Notes: generated by a model from the letters alone, not told the origin. A stretch of DNA of 64,000 nt from an uncultured bacterium (GCA_963822585.1 CAWGIE010000023.1:32001-96000), one strand, 5' to 3'; shown: positions 9,883 through 20,242, counted from the first letter of the stretch. A program made the numbers and translations.

Positions 9883-10076
9883 TATGTTTTCCGCGCTAAC
9901 CGGGTTAAAAAAACCGATCGCATATGCAATTGTTCTTCACGAATCCGTTTCATCCGCCGGGCCAGTTGTTCGGGAGTAAGCGTGCTCTTCATCAGCTGGA
10001 GAGAAAAATCGGTTAAATCAAGCCAGGCGTTGATCCTTTCAGTTGGTGACATTGACCTGTGATTATCATGCTTCAT
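9882..10076 (-). CDS. Small hypothetical protein, probable partner of the downstream nucleotidyltransferase
   Basis: 64 aa, MSPTERI motif; stop overlaps the start of 9310..9882 by 1 nt. Confidence 0.6.
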   Translation of the reverse strand: MKHDNHRSMSPTERINAWLDLTDFSLQLMKSTLTPEQLARRMKRIREEQLHMRSVFLTRLARKT

Positions 10077-10120
10077 TATCTTGACAGTATAAGCCTCTTT
10101 TCACCCCGGGTAAAGGCAAT

Positions 10121-10153
10121 AAAAAGGAACGTTGCCTTTCCGGGCAACGTTCC
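10121..10153 (-). terminator. Rho-independent terminator downstream of hgcB
   Basis: Minus strand: 11-bp stem GGAACGTTGCC/GGCAACGTTCC followed by TTTTT. Confidence 0.75.
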
Positions 10154-10255
10154 GGAGTATTTCTTGTCCCCCTCATCGTGATTCGCCTTTGGGGGATACG
10201 CAATCTCTCGGGTCACCAGGTCAATGACATGTGAACCTATTTGACGTTCTCTTTA

Positions 10256-10549
10256 TTAGCAGCAGGATTTATGCGATTCGCCGCAACAGGGCTCCGTCCC
10301 TCTCAACGTTCCCATGATGATGCCGGCGGCACAGCCAACGCCCGATTTTACCTTAATCGCCCCCGGCGGGCAGTTCCGGGCGCAGGCCCCGCACTCCATA
10401 CAGGCGTCCCGATCAAGAATAATGGCTTTGCCGTTCTCCACTTTAAAAACAGCGTGGGGACAGACGATCCCGCACATTCCGCATCCGATGCATTTGTCCC
10501 GGTCCAACTCCAGGGTGACAACATCGGCCAGATATCTTTGTTCGTTCAT
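10256..10549 (-). CDS. hgcB: Mercury methylation ferredoxin HgcB
   Basis: Two CxxCxxCxxxCP motifs including CMECGAC, GVGCAA, C-terminal Cys-Cys; downstream of hgcA. Confidence 0.93.
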   Translation of the reverse strand: MNEQRYLADVVTLELDRDKCIGCGMCGIVCPHAVFKVENGKAIILDRDACMECGACARNCPPGAIKVKSGVGCAAGIIMGTLRGTEPCCGESHKSCC

Positions 10550-10574
10550 CCCTCAGACACCTAATTTATTGTTC

Positions 10575-10616
10575 CGGAATTTCAATAATCGGATTTTTCC
10601 GATTATTGAAATTCCG
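10575..10616. repeat. 19-bp perfect inverted repeat in the hgcA-hgcB spacer
   Basis: cggaatttcaataatcgga-tttt-tccgattattgaaattccg. Confidence 0.85.
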
Positions 10617-10786
10617 AAACAGACGATAAAGCAACCAAAACAACAACTTTTTTTCCACATAATGCTAAAGGCTTACCGTTATGGAGTGAGCTGTTGGACA
10701 TGAACTAATTTTTGGATTATCATCAATCCGTTTTAAGTCTAAAAAGTGAAAATTCACTAAATTAGCGCCTCCGGCGCTAATTTATA

Positions 10787-11851
10787 TTATATATATCTAC
10801 CTGCTATCCACAGGCCCATGCCCGCTATTACCGCGATTGCCTGCAACGGAATCGCGATCTTCATCTCTTTTCTCACCCCGGAAAGGGAGGTATAGGTTGA
10901 AGCGCCGGTAAAGTTCATGGTCGCGAATGATGAAATAGCGGGGATCAGGAGCAACCAGGCGATTATCTCCCGGGGGTCTTTACCGGCGAACCCCAAAACC
11001 CAGGAGATGACGAAGAGAGCAACACCCGGGAAGATCCCCTTCACCGAAAAACTCCTTCCCGGCAGCCAGGGCAGGAGAAGGGGACCGAGGACGGTACCGG
11101 CAAGGTAAGCGAAGAGCACATTCACGACCGCCCGGGTCCCGAACGCCAGTCCTTCGGCGGCGGAAAAGCCGGACCGGCTCAGACCGGCCAGGAGAAAGAA
11201 AAGAAGCACTCCTATAACCAAAAATTTTAATCCGGTGACAACCTCCACCGGCACCAGGACCAGACGGTCGCGGAAGGCAAAGCGGACGCGGCGCATCTCC
11301 GGAGAAGCGATCATCCCGGCTGCCAAGAACCGGGGCAGGTCGGCCGACCGGACGGGTCCGTAAATGACCGAAAAGCCGGTGAGCCTTTTTACCTCATGCG
11401 CCGCCACGCCGGGGGCGCCAAGCTGGGGCACGACCACTTTCCGGTGGTTCACGATCTTCTTTAACCCTGTCGTCTCGATCCTTCTCGCCAGTTCCTCGGT
11501 CCCGAAAGTTCCCTTGCCGGCCGCGCACCAGACATTGATGCCCCGGGTGTCCAACACCAATATCCAGGCATTCAGGCCTGCTAAAACCCGTCGGAGAACG
11601 TCGAAACTGAACTTGTAATTCGCCGAGACCAGAACAACTGACTCCGGACCGGGGGCGCCCACGGCGTAGATGCCGGGGTCGACTCTATACTGCATCCGGT
11701 TAAGCGACCACCGGGCTTTCCACCCTCCCCGTCTGTCCCTGGCGGTAAGTTCTGTCGCTATGACCGGGACCTTCCCGGCATCGGTTTCCCAGAATCCGGT
11801 AATATAGTCTGGGCCAGGTTTTGCAGTCTGATCGGATACGGTCATGGACAA
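10787..11851 (-). CDS. hgcA: Mercury methylation corrinoid protein HgcA
   Basis: Cap-helix motif GINVWCAAGKGTFG, SANYKFSFD, multi-TM C-terminus with MNFTGASTYTSLSGV.KEM. Start may be ATG 11845. Confidence 0.95.
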   Translation of the reverse strand: MSMTVSDQTAKPGPDYITGFWETDAGKVPVIATELTARDRRGGWKARWSLNRMQYRVDPGIYAVGAPGPESVVLVSANYKFSFDVLRRVLAGLNAWILVLDTRGINVWCAAGKGTFGTEELARRIETTGLKKIVNHRKVVVPQLGAPGVAAHEVKRLTGFSVIYGPVRSADLPRFLAAGMIASPEMRRVRFAFRDRLVLVPVEVVTGLKFLVIGVLLFFLLAGLSRSGFSAAEGLAFGTRAVVNVLFAYLAGTVLGPLLLPWLPGRSFSVKGIFPGVALFVISWVLGFAGKDPREIIAWLLLIPAISSFATMNFTGASTYTSLSGVRKEMKIAIPLQAIAVIAGMGLWIAGRYI

Positions 11852-11865
11852 TCAATACCGTACGT

Positions 11866-12198
11866 TTATATCCCCTCTTCTCCCGTTCTGATCCGGATCG
11901 CCTTTTCGAGGGGAGAGATGGCGATCAAACCATCACCCTTACGGCCGGTCCGGGCCTGCTCGAGGATAATAGTACACGCCTGGGAAACGTGGTCGTCATC
12001 AATGACTATCTCCAGTTTCACCATGGTGGTATAAGTGCCGCCCAGTTCAGCCGAGAGCTGCGGCCGATCCGGGTCCACTTCATCTCCGACTCCCTTGACA
12101 TCAATCGCCGTCAGTCCGTGGATGCCCCCATCTTTTAATGCCCGGATGACATTATCCGCCATGAAGGTTCTGATAAAAGCTTTAATCAGCTTCATCAT
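11866..12198 (-). CDS. P-II family (GlnB-like) regulator associated with a heavy-metal RND operon
   Basis: MKLIKAFIR, VKLEIV, ARTGRKGDGLIAISP...IRIRTGE. Confidence 0.85.
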   Translation of the reverse strand: MMKLIKAFIRTFMADNVIRALKDGGIHGLTAIDVKGVGDEVDPDRPQLSAELGGTYTTMVKLEIVIDDDHVSQACTIILEQARTGRKGDGLIAISPLEKAIRIRTGEEGI

Positions 12199-12214
12199 TG
12201 CACCTCTTTCACGA

Positions 12215-12679
12215 TTAATTGGTTTTGCCCAAACCGTTCCGGCTCATGAGAGATTTTTCGGAGTGAATGACCCTGATGACGGCAACCCTCCCGGCGCGGG
12301 TCGCGGCACGCCGTCTTTCCCGAGAACGCACCCGGAGAAAAACCGCGGCGAGGCCGGCGGCGCCCAGGAGGATAGCCCCGAAATCCGGGTCACCCCCGAA
12401 ACGGTGAAAGAGCCAGTAACCGGCGATCGCCCCGACCAGGAGAGCAAGCAGGGGGAGACCGAAGATCAGAAGTGAAGCCTGGAGGGGATCGCGGAAGGGA
12501 ACACTCACCTCCACCTCGTCGCCGGGGCTTCCGGCGGCGTCATTCTCCGCTTCCAGAAGCATATCCTTCCCCCCGGACGCGAAAGCGCACTTGCCGCAGC
12601 CGGCGCACCCTTTATTCCGGGGAAGAGAGACTTTCGCTTTCCCCCCGGAGACCTCCACTATCCGGCCGATTTCAATCAT
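12215..12679 (-). CDS. RseC/MucC family protein
   Basis: MIEIGRIVEV, CAGCGKC, GDEVEV, two TM segments. Confidence 0.75.
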   Translation of the reverse strand: MIEIGRIVEVSGGKAKVSLPRNKGCAGCGKCAFASGGKDMLLEAENDAAGSPGDEVEVSVPFRDPLQASLLIFGLPLLALLVGAIAGYWLFHRFGGDPDFGAILLGAAGLAAVFLRVRSRERRRAATRAGRVAVIRVIHSEKSLMSRNGLGKTN

Positions 12680-12706
12680 GATGCGACACCTTCTATCTAT
12701 TCTTTT

Positions 12707-15700
12707 TCAATCCCGCTTGCCGTTTTTGGATCGAAATTTAAACTTCCACTCTTCTACGCTGCAATAGAGGACCGGAACAACGATCAGCCCGATCAATACG
12801 ATCGTCATCCCTCCGAAAGAGGGTATCGCCATGGGGACCATGACATCCGCGCCGCGACCCACGGAGGTGAGAACGGGGATCAGGGCCAGGATGGTTGTCC
12901 CGGCGGTCATCAGACAGGGACGGACCCGGCGCAACCCCGCCTGGAGTGTCGCCTCGCGGATATCTTCGACGGAGGCCGGCGTCCTCTTCCGAAATGACTG
13001 ATCGAGGTAGGTCGCCATGATGACGCCGTTATCCGAAGAGATTCCGAAAAGGGCGAGGAACCCCACCCAGACGGCGACACTGAGGTTGAAGGGATGCACC
13101 TGGAAGAGTTCGCGCATGCTCTCCCCGAAGACGCTGAAGTTCAGGAACCAGGGCTGGCCGTAGAACCAGATCATGATGAAACCGCCGGCCCATGCCACCA
13201 GGATGCTCGAGAAGACCAGGAGCGTGGTGGGGACGGTCTTGAATTGGAAGAAAAGAATCAGAAAGATGATGAAGAGAGCGAGCGGGAGAACGATCGCCAG
13301 CTTGGCCTGAGCGCGGAGCTGGTTCTTGTAGCTTCCGGCGAATTCGTAGCTGACCCCCGCCGGAAGGTCGAATTCGCCGTCCGCCAGCTTCTTCTTGAGA
13401 TAATTTTGGCAGTCTTCCACCACGTTCACCTCCGCCTGGCCGGGCTTCATGTCGAAAATGACGTAGCCGACAAGGCGGGTGTCCTCCGTCTTGATCACCT
13501 GGGGACCGGCCCGGTAGTTGATTTTCGCCAGTTGGATCAGGGGGATCCGGGTCCCATCGGGAGCGGGGATCAGTATTCTCCCCAGGGACTCGATCTGGTC
13601 GCGCAGCTCCCTTAAGTAGCGCACCCGCACCGGATAGCGCTGACGCCCCTCCACGGTGGTGGTGATCTTTTTTCCCCCGATTGCGACTTCAAGGGTATCC
13701 TGGATTCTTCGGATCATGATGCCGTATCGCGCTACCGCTTCTCGATCGATCTCGATCTCGAGGTAGGGCTTGCCCACGATCCGGTCGGCGATAACCGCGG
13801 AGGGCTCTACCGACGGCACCTCTTTCAAGAACTTTTCTATCTCCAGGCCGACCGTTTCGATCGTTTCCAGGTCCGGCCCTTTGACCTTGACTCCAAGGGG
13901 AGCCCGCATCCCGCTCTGAAGCATCACGATCCGGGCCGCGATCGGCTGCAGCTTGGGAGCGGAAGTTGTACCGGGGATCCGGGCCACCTTGACGATCTCA
14001 GCCCAGATATCGTCCGGCTTCTTGATCCGCGGGCGCCACTGGCGGTAGGGCCGGCCGTGGGGATCGGGGATAAGTTCGCCATCCTCGCTCCTGACGAACT
14101 CTTGCTTCTTTTTATCATATCGGAAGCTCTCCCGATGTCCGTCTTTGTCGGTAATGTATTCAGGCTTATAGTTAATAATCGTCTCGATCATCGAGATCGG
14201 CGCCGGGTCGAGCGGCGTCTCCGCCCGGCCGAGCTTGCCGACCACGCTTTCTATCTCGGGGATGGAACCGATCAGCATGTCCTGCTTCTGAAGAATATCC
14301 AGGGCCTCGCCGATGGAGGCGTGGGGCATGGTCGACGGCATCCAGAGAAAAGAACCCTCATCAAGGGGAGGCATGAATTCCTTTCCCAGGCCTTTCCAGA
14401 TAAACCCGCCGGCGATGACGATGACCAACGGAAATGAAAGAAAAAGGGCCTTGTGACGCAGGCACCAACTCAATATGGCTCCGAAGAAACGCTCAAATAG
14501 TTTGAAGAATACCAGCAGGACCCCGGTGATGAGGACAACGAATATGAAGTTGCGCGTAAATCCCTTCTCCGGCCCCAGGGGGAGCCAGTGCCGCGTGAGG
14601 ATTACGGTCACGACCAGGATGGCTAGACCGATTGCCAAAAAGGGGATGGCCCGGCGGACCTTCTCCGAGAGCAGGGGACGGAGTAATTCGAGCAACGCGA
14701 GGAGAATCAGGATCGACCCCGCCCACCAGGCGACTATTACCCACACGGCAACCCCGAAGATGATGAGGAGAACGTTCAGAAAACGCATCAGCTTCTTGCT
14801 CTCAAACCTTCCCCGGAAGAGCAGGTGGGCAAACGGGGGAATAACGGTCAGGGCGACAATGATCGACGCGATCAAGGCGAATGTTTTGGTGAAGGCGAGC
14901 GGTTTAAAGAGCTTCCCTTCCGCCGCGGTCATGGTGAAGACCGGAAGAAAGGAAACCACGGTAGTCGAGACCGCGGTCAGAACGGCGCTGCCGATCTCCG
15001 AGACGGCCCGGAAGATAACTTCGAGTCGGTTCTCGCCCGGTTTTGCCGCGTCGAGGTGTTTCAGTATATTTTCCGAGACGATGATCCCCATATCGACGAT
15101 CGTACCGATGGCGATGGCGATCCCGGAAAGGGCCACGATATTGGCATCCACGCCGAAAAGTTTCATGGCGATGAAGCACATCAGGATCGCCAGCGGCAGG
15201 GAGGCCGAGATCAGGATGGAACTTCGCAGGTGCATCACCATCACGATGACCACGATGATGGTGATGAGGATCTCCTCCGTCAGGGCCTTGCTCAACGTAC
15301 CCAGGGTCTCGTAGATGAGACCGGTCCGGTCGTAAAAGGGGACGATGGCGAGATGGGAGACGGTGCCGTCGGGAAGCGTCTTCTCCCCCAGGCCCGGAGT
15401 GATCTCCTCGATCTTCTTCTTGACGTTCTTGATGACCTGAAGGGGATTTTCCCCGTATCGGACAACCACCACGCCCCCCACGACTTCCGCCCCTTCCTTG
15501 TCCAGCGCTCCGCGGCGCAGAGCGGGGCCGAGAGTCACCTGGCCGACATCCTTGATATAGATCGGCACGTTCTCATTGACCTTGATTACCGACATTTCCA
15601 GGTCTTTCAGCCCTTTAATGAAACCCAACCCGCGGATGAAATATTCGACTTTGTTGACCTCGATGGAGCGGGCCCCGATATCGACATTGGACATCCGGAC

Positions 15701-16387
15701 CGCGTTAAAAACATCCTCGATCGTCACCCCATAGGCCCGCATCGCGTCGGGATCGACGTCGATCTGATATTCCTGGACGAAGCCCCCGATCGAGGCGACC
15801 TCGCTCACTCCCCCCGCGGAAAGAAGGGCATAGCGGACGTACCAGTCCTGGACCGACCTCAGTTCGTTGAGGTCCCAGCCCCCGGTGGGGTTCCCCTCCT
15901 TGTCCCGGCCTTCCAACGTGTACCAGAAGACCTGCCCCAGCGGCGTCGCGTCCGGCCCCAGCGCGGGCTGCACGCCTTCCGGGAGTGTACCGGCGGGAAG
16001 ACTGTTCAGCTTCTCCAGGACCCGACTCCGCGACCAGTAAAATTCGATATTCTCCTCGAAGATGATATAGATCGTGGAGAATCCGAAGAAAGAATAGCAG
16101 CGGATAGTCTTCACGCCGGGGACGCCGAGAAGGGAGACCGTGAGGGGGTAGGTGATCTGGTCCTCGACGTCCTGGGGGGACCGCCCCGGCCATTGCGTGA
16201 AAACGATTTGCTGATTTTCGCCGATATCGGGGATGGCGTCGGTGGGAACGGGGTCGCGCGGGAGCCGGCCGAGATCCCAATCGAAGGGCGCCACCATAAT
16301 CCCCCAGACGGCGATGAAGATGATCCCCAGGGAGACAACCAGTTTATTCTCCAGACAGAACCGGATAATCCGATCAAGGATCGTCAT
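12707..16387 (-). CDS. cusA: CusA/CzcA family heavy-metal RND efflux permease
   Basis: DAIPDIGENQQIVFTQWPGRSPQDVEDQITYP, LGPDATPLGQV, EFMPPLDEGSFLWMP, RVRPCLMT; 1226 aa. Confidence 0.93.
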   Translation of the reverse strand: MTILDRIIRFCLENKLVVSLGIIFIAVWGIMVAPFDWDLGRLPRDPVPTDAIPDIGENQQIVFTQWPGRSPQDVEDQITYPLTVSLLGVPGVKTIRCYSFFGFSTIYIIFEENIEFYWSRSRVLEKLNSLPAGTLPEGVQPALGPDATPLGQVFWYTLEGRDKEGNPTGGWDLNELRSVQDWYVRYALLSAGGVSEVASIGGFVQEYQIDVDPDAMRAYGVTIEDVFNAVRMSNVDIGARSIEVNKVEYFIRGLGFIKGLKDLEMSVIKVNENVPIYIKDVGQVTLGPALRRGALDKEGAEVVGGVVVVRYGENPLQVIKNVKKKIEEITPGLGEKTLPDGTVSHLAIVPFYDRTGLIYETLGTLSKALTEEILITIIVVIVMVMHLRSSILISASLPLAILMCFIAMKLFGVDANIVALSGIAIAIGTIVDMGIIVSENILKHLDAAKPGENRLEVIFRAVSEIGSAVLTAVSTTVVSFLPVFTMTAAEGKLFKPLAFTKTFALIASIIVALTVIPPFAHLLFRGRFESKKLMRFLNVLLIIFGVAVWVIVAWWAGSILILLALLELLRPLLSEKVRRAIPFLAIGLAILVVTVILTRHWLPLGPEKGFTRNFIFVVLITGVLLVFFKLFERFFGAILSWCLRHKALFLSFPLVIVIAGGFIWKGLGKEFMPPLDEGSFLWMPSTMPHASIGEALDILQKQDMLIGSIPEIESVVGKLGRAETPLDPAPISMIETIINYKPEYITDKDGHRESFRYDKKKQEFVRSEDGELIPDPHGRPYRQWRPRIKKPDDIWAEIVKVARIPGTTSAPKLQPIAARIVMLQSGMRAPLGVKVKGPDLETIETVGLEIEKFLKEVPSVEPSAVIADRIVGKPYLEIEIDREAVARYGIMIRRIQDTLEVAIGGKKITTTVEGRQRYPVRVRYLRELRDQIESLGRILIPAPDGTRIPLIQLAKINYRAGPQVIKTEDTRLVGYVIFDMKPGQAEVNVVEDCQNYLKKKLADGEFDLPAGVSYEFAGSYKNQLRAQAKLAIVLPLALFIIFLILFFQFKTVPTTLLVFSSILVAWAGGFIMIWFYGQPWFLNFSVFGESMRELFQVHPFNLSVAVWVGFLALFGISSDNGVIMATYLDQSFRKRTPASVEDIREATLQAGLRRVRPCLMTAGTTILALIPVLTSVGRGADVMVPMAIPSFGGMTIVLIGLIVVPVLYCSVEEWKFKFRSKNGKRD

Positions 16388-16388
16388 C

Positions 16389-18383
16389 TTAGATTCCCTT
16401 TAAGCTTTCCTTGACTGCTCCGCACTTCGGCATCGACTGACCGAAGAAGGGGTTGCGCGCCGTTTCGTTTTCCTGGAGCCAGTAAGCCCCTTTGTTGGCG
16501 AAGGCCATAGGGCAGAAAAAGAGATAATAGGTCGCCGGGCCGGAATGGCCGAACTTTTTTTCCAAAGAAATGACGTTCTGAGAAAGGTGGTGGAATCCCT
16601 CCCGAGCTTCTTCCAGCGTCTTCGCGTTACCGCCGACCATGGCGTCATTCTTCAGTTTTCGAGAAAGTTCCATCCAGGCCGCGTGGGGATGTCCTTCGAG
16701 GAGGTTCATATCCACGGAATCGACGGCCTCGACCAGTGCCCCGTAGCCGCCTCGGGCGCCGTCAAGATCGTCTCCGGCCAGATAGGCCTGGATGTGAAAA
16801 TAGGTCCCGTAAAGACGGGCCAAAGAGTCTCGGAATGTCGGAGAAATATAGATGGGGATTTTCTCCTTCACCTCCCCGGTCGCCTTCACGGAGGCGGCCG
16901 GGCCTTGGTGATGCCCTCCTCCCCCGCCCCCTCCCTCCGGCATCATCATGCTTGGTTTCGCCTCTATCTGGATCGCGCTGTCGATTTTGAAGTTCCCGTT
17001 GGTAACGACCAGCTCGCCTTCCTGAAGGCCGGAACGGACGATATAATAATCCCCGGCCCGCGGCCCCAGGACGACCTCCCTTCCCTCGAAGGTAGGCTCT
17101 TCCGTTCCGGGCACCTCGACGTATACCACGGCGCGCGTGCCCGTTTTGAGCGCGGCCGTAACCGGGATCACCAGAGGGGCTTCGGTCTTTTCGCCGCTGA
17201 CATAGCCGAGGGACTCGGTCGTCACCAGCGGCATCCCGCAGATCGGGCAATCGCCCGCCTCATCCCTGACCACGCTGGGATGCATGGGGCAGATCCACTT
17301 GCCGGCTAAATCCGGATCCATCACCTTGCCGCCTGCCGCCACTTCCGTTTTGACAACGGCCCGGACGAACATCCCCGGCTTAAGCGTACCCTGGGGATTG
17401 TCAACATCGACCCGAAGCTTGATGGTGTGTGTCTTTTCGTCGAGAAAAGGATCGATAAAGGAGATCTTGCCCCGGTAAATCACCCCCGGATCGGCTACGG
17501 TCGTGAATTCGACATCCTGCCCGTACCGGAGCCAGACCATGTCGGATTCATAGGCATCGAGTTTCACCCATACCTGGGAGAGATCGGCGATGGTATAAAT
17601 GCGTGTTCCCGTCTGAACGTACATTCCCTCGACCGCGTTCTTATGGATCACGATCCCGCTCATGGGCGAGTAGATCGTGATGTGGTCGGATGGGGTGGTA
17701 TTATTCTCTATTTTCTTTATCTGCTCCTCGGAGAGCCCCCAGAGACGCAGTCTCTCCCTGGCCGCCTCGACCGTAGCGGCGGCGGTCGACTTCACAATCC
17801 CGATCTCGCTCTTACCCAGCTCCTTAACGGCCTGAATCGCCTGCAGGAGTTCCTCTTCAGTGGCCAGGACTTCAGGACTATACATGGATACCATGTGCTC
17901 CCCTTTCTTCACCTGGATCCCCGTATAATCCACGAAGAGACGGTCGATCCGTCCCGATATCCAGGCGGTAATATAACCCAGCCGGGTCTCGTCGAAATCA
18001 ACCTTACCCACCATACGGATCTCGGCGGTGACGAATTTCCGCTCCACCGGGCTCACCTGGATCTGGGCCAGTTTCCTGGCCGTCTCGGACATGGTCAGCC
18101 GGCGCGCCCCTCCCATTTCATCGCCGCCGGGCGTTACCGGGATCAGGTCCATTCCGCAGATCGGACAGGGGCCGGGCTCCGGCAGCCTGATCTGAGGATG
18201 CATGGCACAGGTCCAGATCGTCGCCTGCTTCACCTCCGCCGGCGCGGCGGTTTCTTCTGTCCGCGCGGTCTTTGGCTTTTCTCCGCCCCGAAACAGATAG
18301 CCCAGAACAAAAGCAACGATTGCCAGCAGAACAAGCAATATTATGGTGATCCGTTTTTTGTTACCGGCTTTTGATTCACTCAT
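16389..18383 (-). CDS. cusB: CusB-type periplasmic adaptor with two heavy-metal-binding (CxMHP...CPICGM) domains and a C-terminal DUF3347-like domain
   Basis: WTCAMHP..CPICGM, WICPMHP..CPICGM, LKPGMFV, CPMA..NPFFG..M..CG; start ATG 18383. Confidence 0.9.
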   Translation of the reverse strand: MSESKAGNKKRITIILLVLLAIVAFVLGYLFRGGEKPKTARTEETAAPAEVKQATIWTCAMHPQIRLPEPGPCPICGMDLIPVTPGGDEMGGARRLTMSETARKLAQIQVSPVERKFVTAEIRMVGKVDFDETRLGYITAWISGRIDRLFVDYTGIQVKKGEHMVSMYSPEVLATEEELLQAIQAVKELGKSEIGIVKSTAAATVEAARERLRLWGLSEEQIKKIENNTTPSDHITIYSPMSGIVIHKNAVEGMYVQTGTRIYTIADLSQVWVKLDAYESDMVWLRYGQDVEFTTVADPGVIYRGKISFIDPFLDEKTHTIKLRVDVDNPQGTLKPGMFVRAVVKTEVAAGGKVMDPDLAGKWICPMHPSVVRDEAGDCPICGMPLVTTESLGYVSGEKTEAPLVIPVTAALKTGTRAVVYVEVPGTEEPTFEGREVVLGPRAGDYYIVRSGLQEGELVVTNGNFKIDSAIQIEAKPSMMMPEGGGGGGGHHQGPAASVKATGEVKEKIPIYISPTFRDSLARLYGTYFHIQAYLAGDDLDGARGGYGALVEAVDSVDMNLLEGHPHAAWMELSRKLKNDAMVGGNAKTLEEAREGFHHLSQNVISLEKKFGHSGPATYYLFFCPMAFANKGAYWLQENETARNPFFGQSMPKCGAVKESLKGI

Positions 18384-19779
18384 TAAGGTTCCCTCCTGCT
18401 TCCGATGCGGGTCTGCCCCGGGGGATCTCAATACCCACCAGTTCCTCCAGTTCGGCCAACCGCTGGGCCTGGTTAGTGAGAGCTCTTTCGCATGAAAGCT
18501 GGAACTCCAGAAGAATCCGTTGGGCGTCGATCAGGTTCAGAAAATCCAGTTTCCCTGTTCGATAAGCGGCTTCCGTGGCTTGAAGAGACTGTTTTCCTTT
18601 GGGAATGAGCGTATCGCGGTAGAGATTGACCTTTCTCTCGGCATCCCGGTAGTTGAAGAGTGAGAGTTCTACTTCGTAAAAAAGGGCGTTTTCTTTATTT
18701 TTCATTGTATTTTGGGCCGCGAGAAAGCCGGCACGGGCGGAGCGCTCGGCGGCCTTGTAATTGGAATACCAGATCGGCAGGTTGATCGAGATGCCGGCTA
18801 TGACCGCGTCTTTCCCCGCGTCCTCGGCAGTGACGTTATCCGTACCCGTGTCTATCCAGGTCATGTCGAGCGAGACATCGGGTATGAATTCCCGCTGCGC
18901 CAGATCGATGGCGTTCCTCGCCTTCTCGATATCGAATTCCAAAGCCTTGAGTTCGGGGTTAGCGCTCCTGAGCAAGGCAATCAGCTCCTGGTCGGTCGCC
19001 GCGATCTTCTCTTCGGGGATACTTTTGGGCTCGGGGAGTTCCCTATATACCGGGCGGTTGAGAGCGGCGTTCAGCCGGGCGATGATCGGTTCCTTCATGT
19101 CGATCAGCTGCCGCCACCGATCGTCAAGCTTCCCCTGCTCGATCTGGGCCTTGATAAGATCGGGATGGTTGGAAGCGCCGACCGCGTATTTCGTCCGAAT
19201 GATCTCTTCGAAGTAAGAGAGAAGGTCGAGATTTTCCCTGGTGATGGCTATCGACCGCGCGAGGTAGTAGTATTCGTAATAGGCGTTTTTTACCTGGTAA
19301 AAGAGCTTCAGCTTCTCCATCCGGTAATGCTCCTCCGCGGCGTTCGCCTCGGCCAACTTCATCTCCGAGCTCGATTTAAGCTTGCCGTACCAGGGGAACA
19401 TCTGTGAGATGCTGAATTTCTGGCGCTGCGGACCGACCCGGGTCTCAACCGACTCGATGAAGTAGCCGTAGGTAAATCGGGGGTCCGGGAGAGAGCGGGC
19501 CGGGAGGATCTTCTCCAGGGCCGCTTTCCAGCGATTAAAGGCGGCTTCGAGCCCGGGGTTGTTCAGGGCCGCGTAAGCGAGATAGTCGGAGAGCGTCGAA
19601 TCCTCGTCCAATCGGGGGAGCTCGCTGCCGGCACTGGAAGGGGTTGCCTTTGTTTCATATGTTGAACGGTCGATCGCGCGATACCGTTCGAAGGCCTGAT
19701 CTTCCCGCGTGGACGCGCACCCTTCCAGAAAGATGAGAGACAACGCCGCGTAACAGATAGTTGCCCTAATAATCTTCAT
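18376..19779 (-). CDS. TolC-family outer-membrane efflux lipoprotein (CusC-like)
   Basis: Lipobox LEGC, ALNNPGL, SQMFPWYGK, YRTGKLDFLNLIDAQR; overlaps cusB. Confidence 0.88.
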   Translation of the reverse strand: MKIIRATICYAALSLIFLEGCASTREDQAFERYRAIDRSTYETKATPSSAGSELPRLDEDSTLSDYLAYAALNNPGLEAAFNRWKAALEKILPARSLPDPRFTYGYFIESVETRVGPQRQKFSISQMFPWYGKLKSSSEMKLAEANAAEEHYRMEKLKLFYQVKNAYYEYYYLARSIAITRENLDLLSYFEEIIRTKYAVGASNHPDLIKAQIEQGKLDDRWRQLIDMKEPIIARLNAALNRPVYRELPEPKSIPEEKIAATDQELIALLRSANPELKALEFDIEKARNAIDLAQREFIPDVSLDMTWIDTGTDNVTAEDAGKDAVIAGISINLPIWYSNYKAAERSARAGFLAAQNTMKNKENALFYEVELSLFNYRDAERKVNLYRDTLIPKGKQSLQATEAAYRTGKLDFLNLIDAQRILLEFQLSCERALTNQAQRLAELEELVGIEIPRGRPASEAGGNLNE

Positions 19780-19908
19780 ATTACTCCTCCCGATATCACC
19801 GCCGCCGGGCCAAGTATCATAAAGACTATCGCCTTACCAGATGATGGTATCCTAATTATTCGTATTGTCTTCATACGCTTTTCCAGATAAAAATTTCCCC
19901 GGAAATTT

Positions 19909-20196
19909 TTATAATTTATGGAGCCTCTTCACCACCTCCATTATCTCCTCGATCTTCTCCCGTTTCTCTCTTTCCGAACTTCCCTGGAAAGCATCGGTCA
20001 CGCAATGCTCCAGGTGACGGGCGAAAATAGATTCCGCCACCCGGTAGAGAGCGTTGATCGCCGCGTGAAGCTGGGTGATGATATCGGTGCAGTATTTTTT
20101 TTCTTCTATCATCTTCTGAATACCCCGGAGCTGCCCCTCGATCCTTCTCAGAGAAACCAGTTCTTTTTCATGGGTCGTATGGGAAATAGGTGTCAT
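19909..20196 (-). CDS. csoR: CsoR/RcnR family metal-sensing repressor
   Basis: LRRIEGQLRGIQKMIEE.KYC.DI..Q and HLEHCV (Cys-His-Cys ligand set). Confidence 0.9.
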   Translation of the reverse strand: MTPISHTTHEKELVSLRRIEGQLRGIQKMIEEKKYCTDIITQLHAAINALYRVAESIFARHLEHCVTDAFQGSSEREKREKIEEIMEVVKRLHKL

Positions 20197-20242
20197 TTCG
20201 GGTCATCCTTTTGGGGGTTCGCACTTCATCGTTGACGAGGGT

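Noticed and set aside
10787..11851. CO dehydrogenase/acetyl-CoA synthase corrinoid subunit
   Set aside because: The Cys-containing NVWCAAGK motif, TM C-terminus and downstream hgcB identify HgcA.
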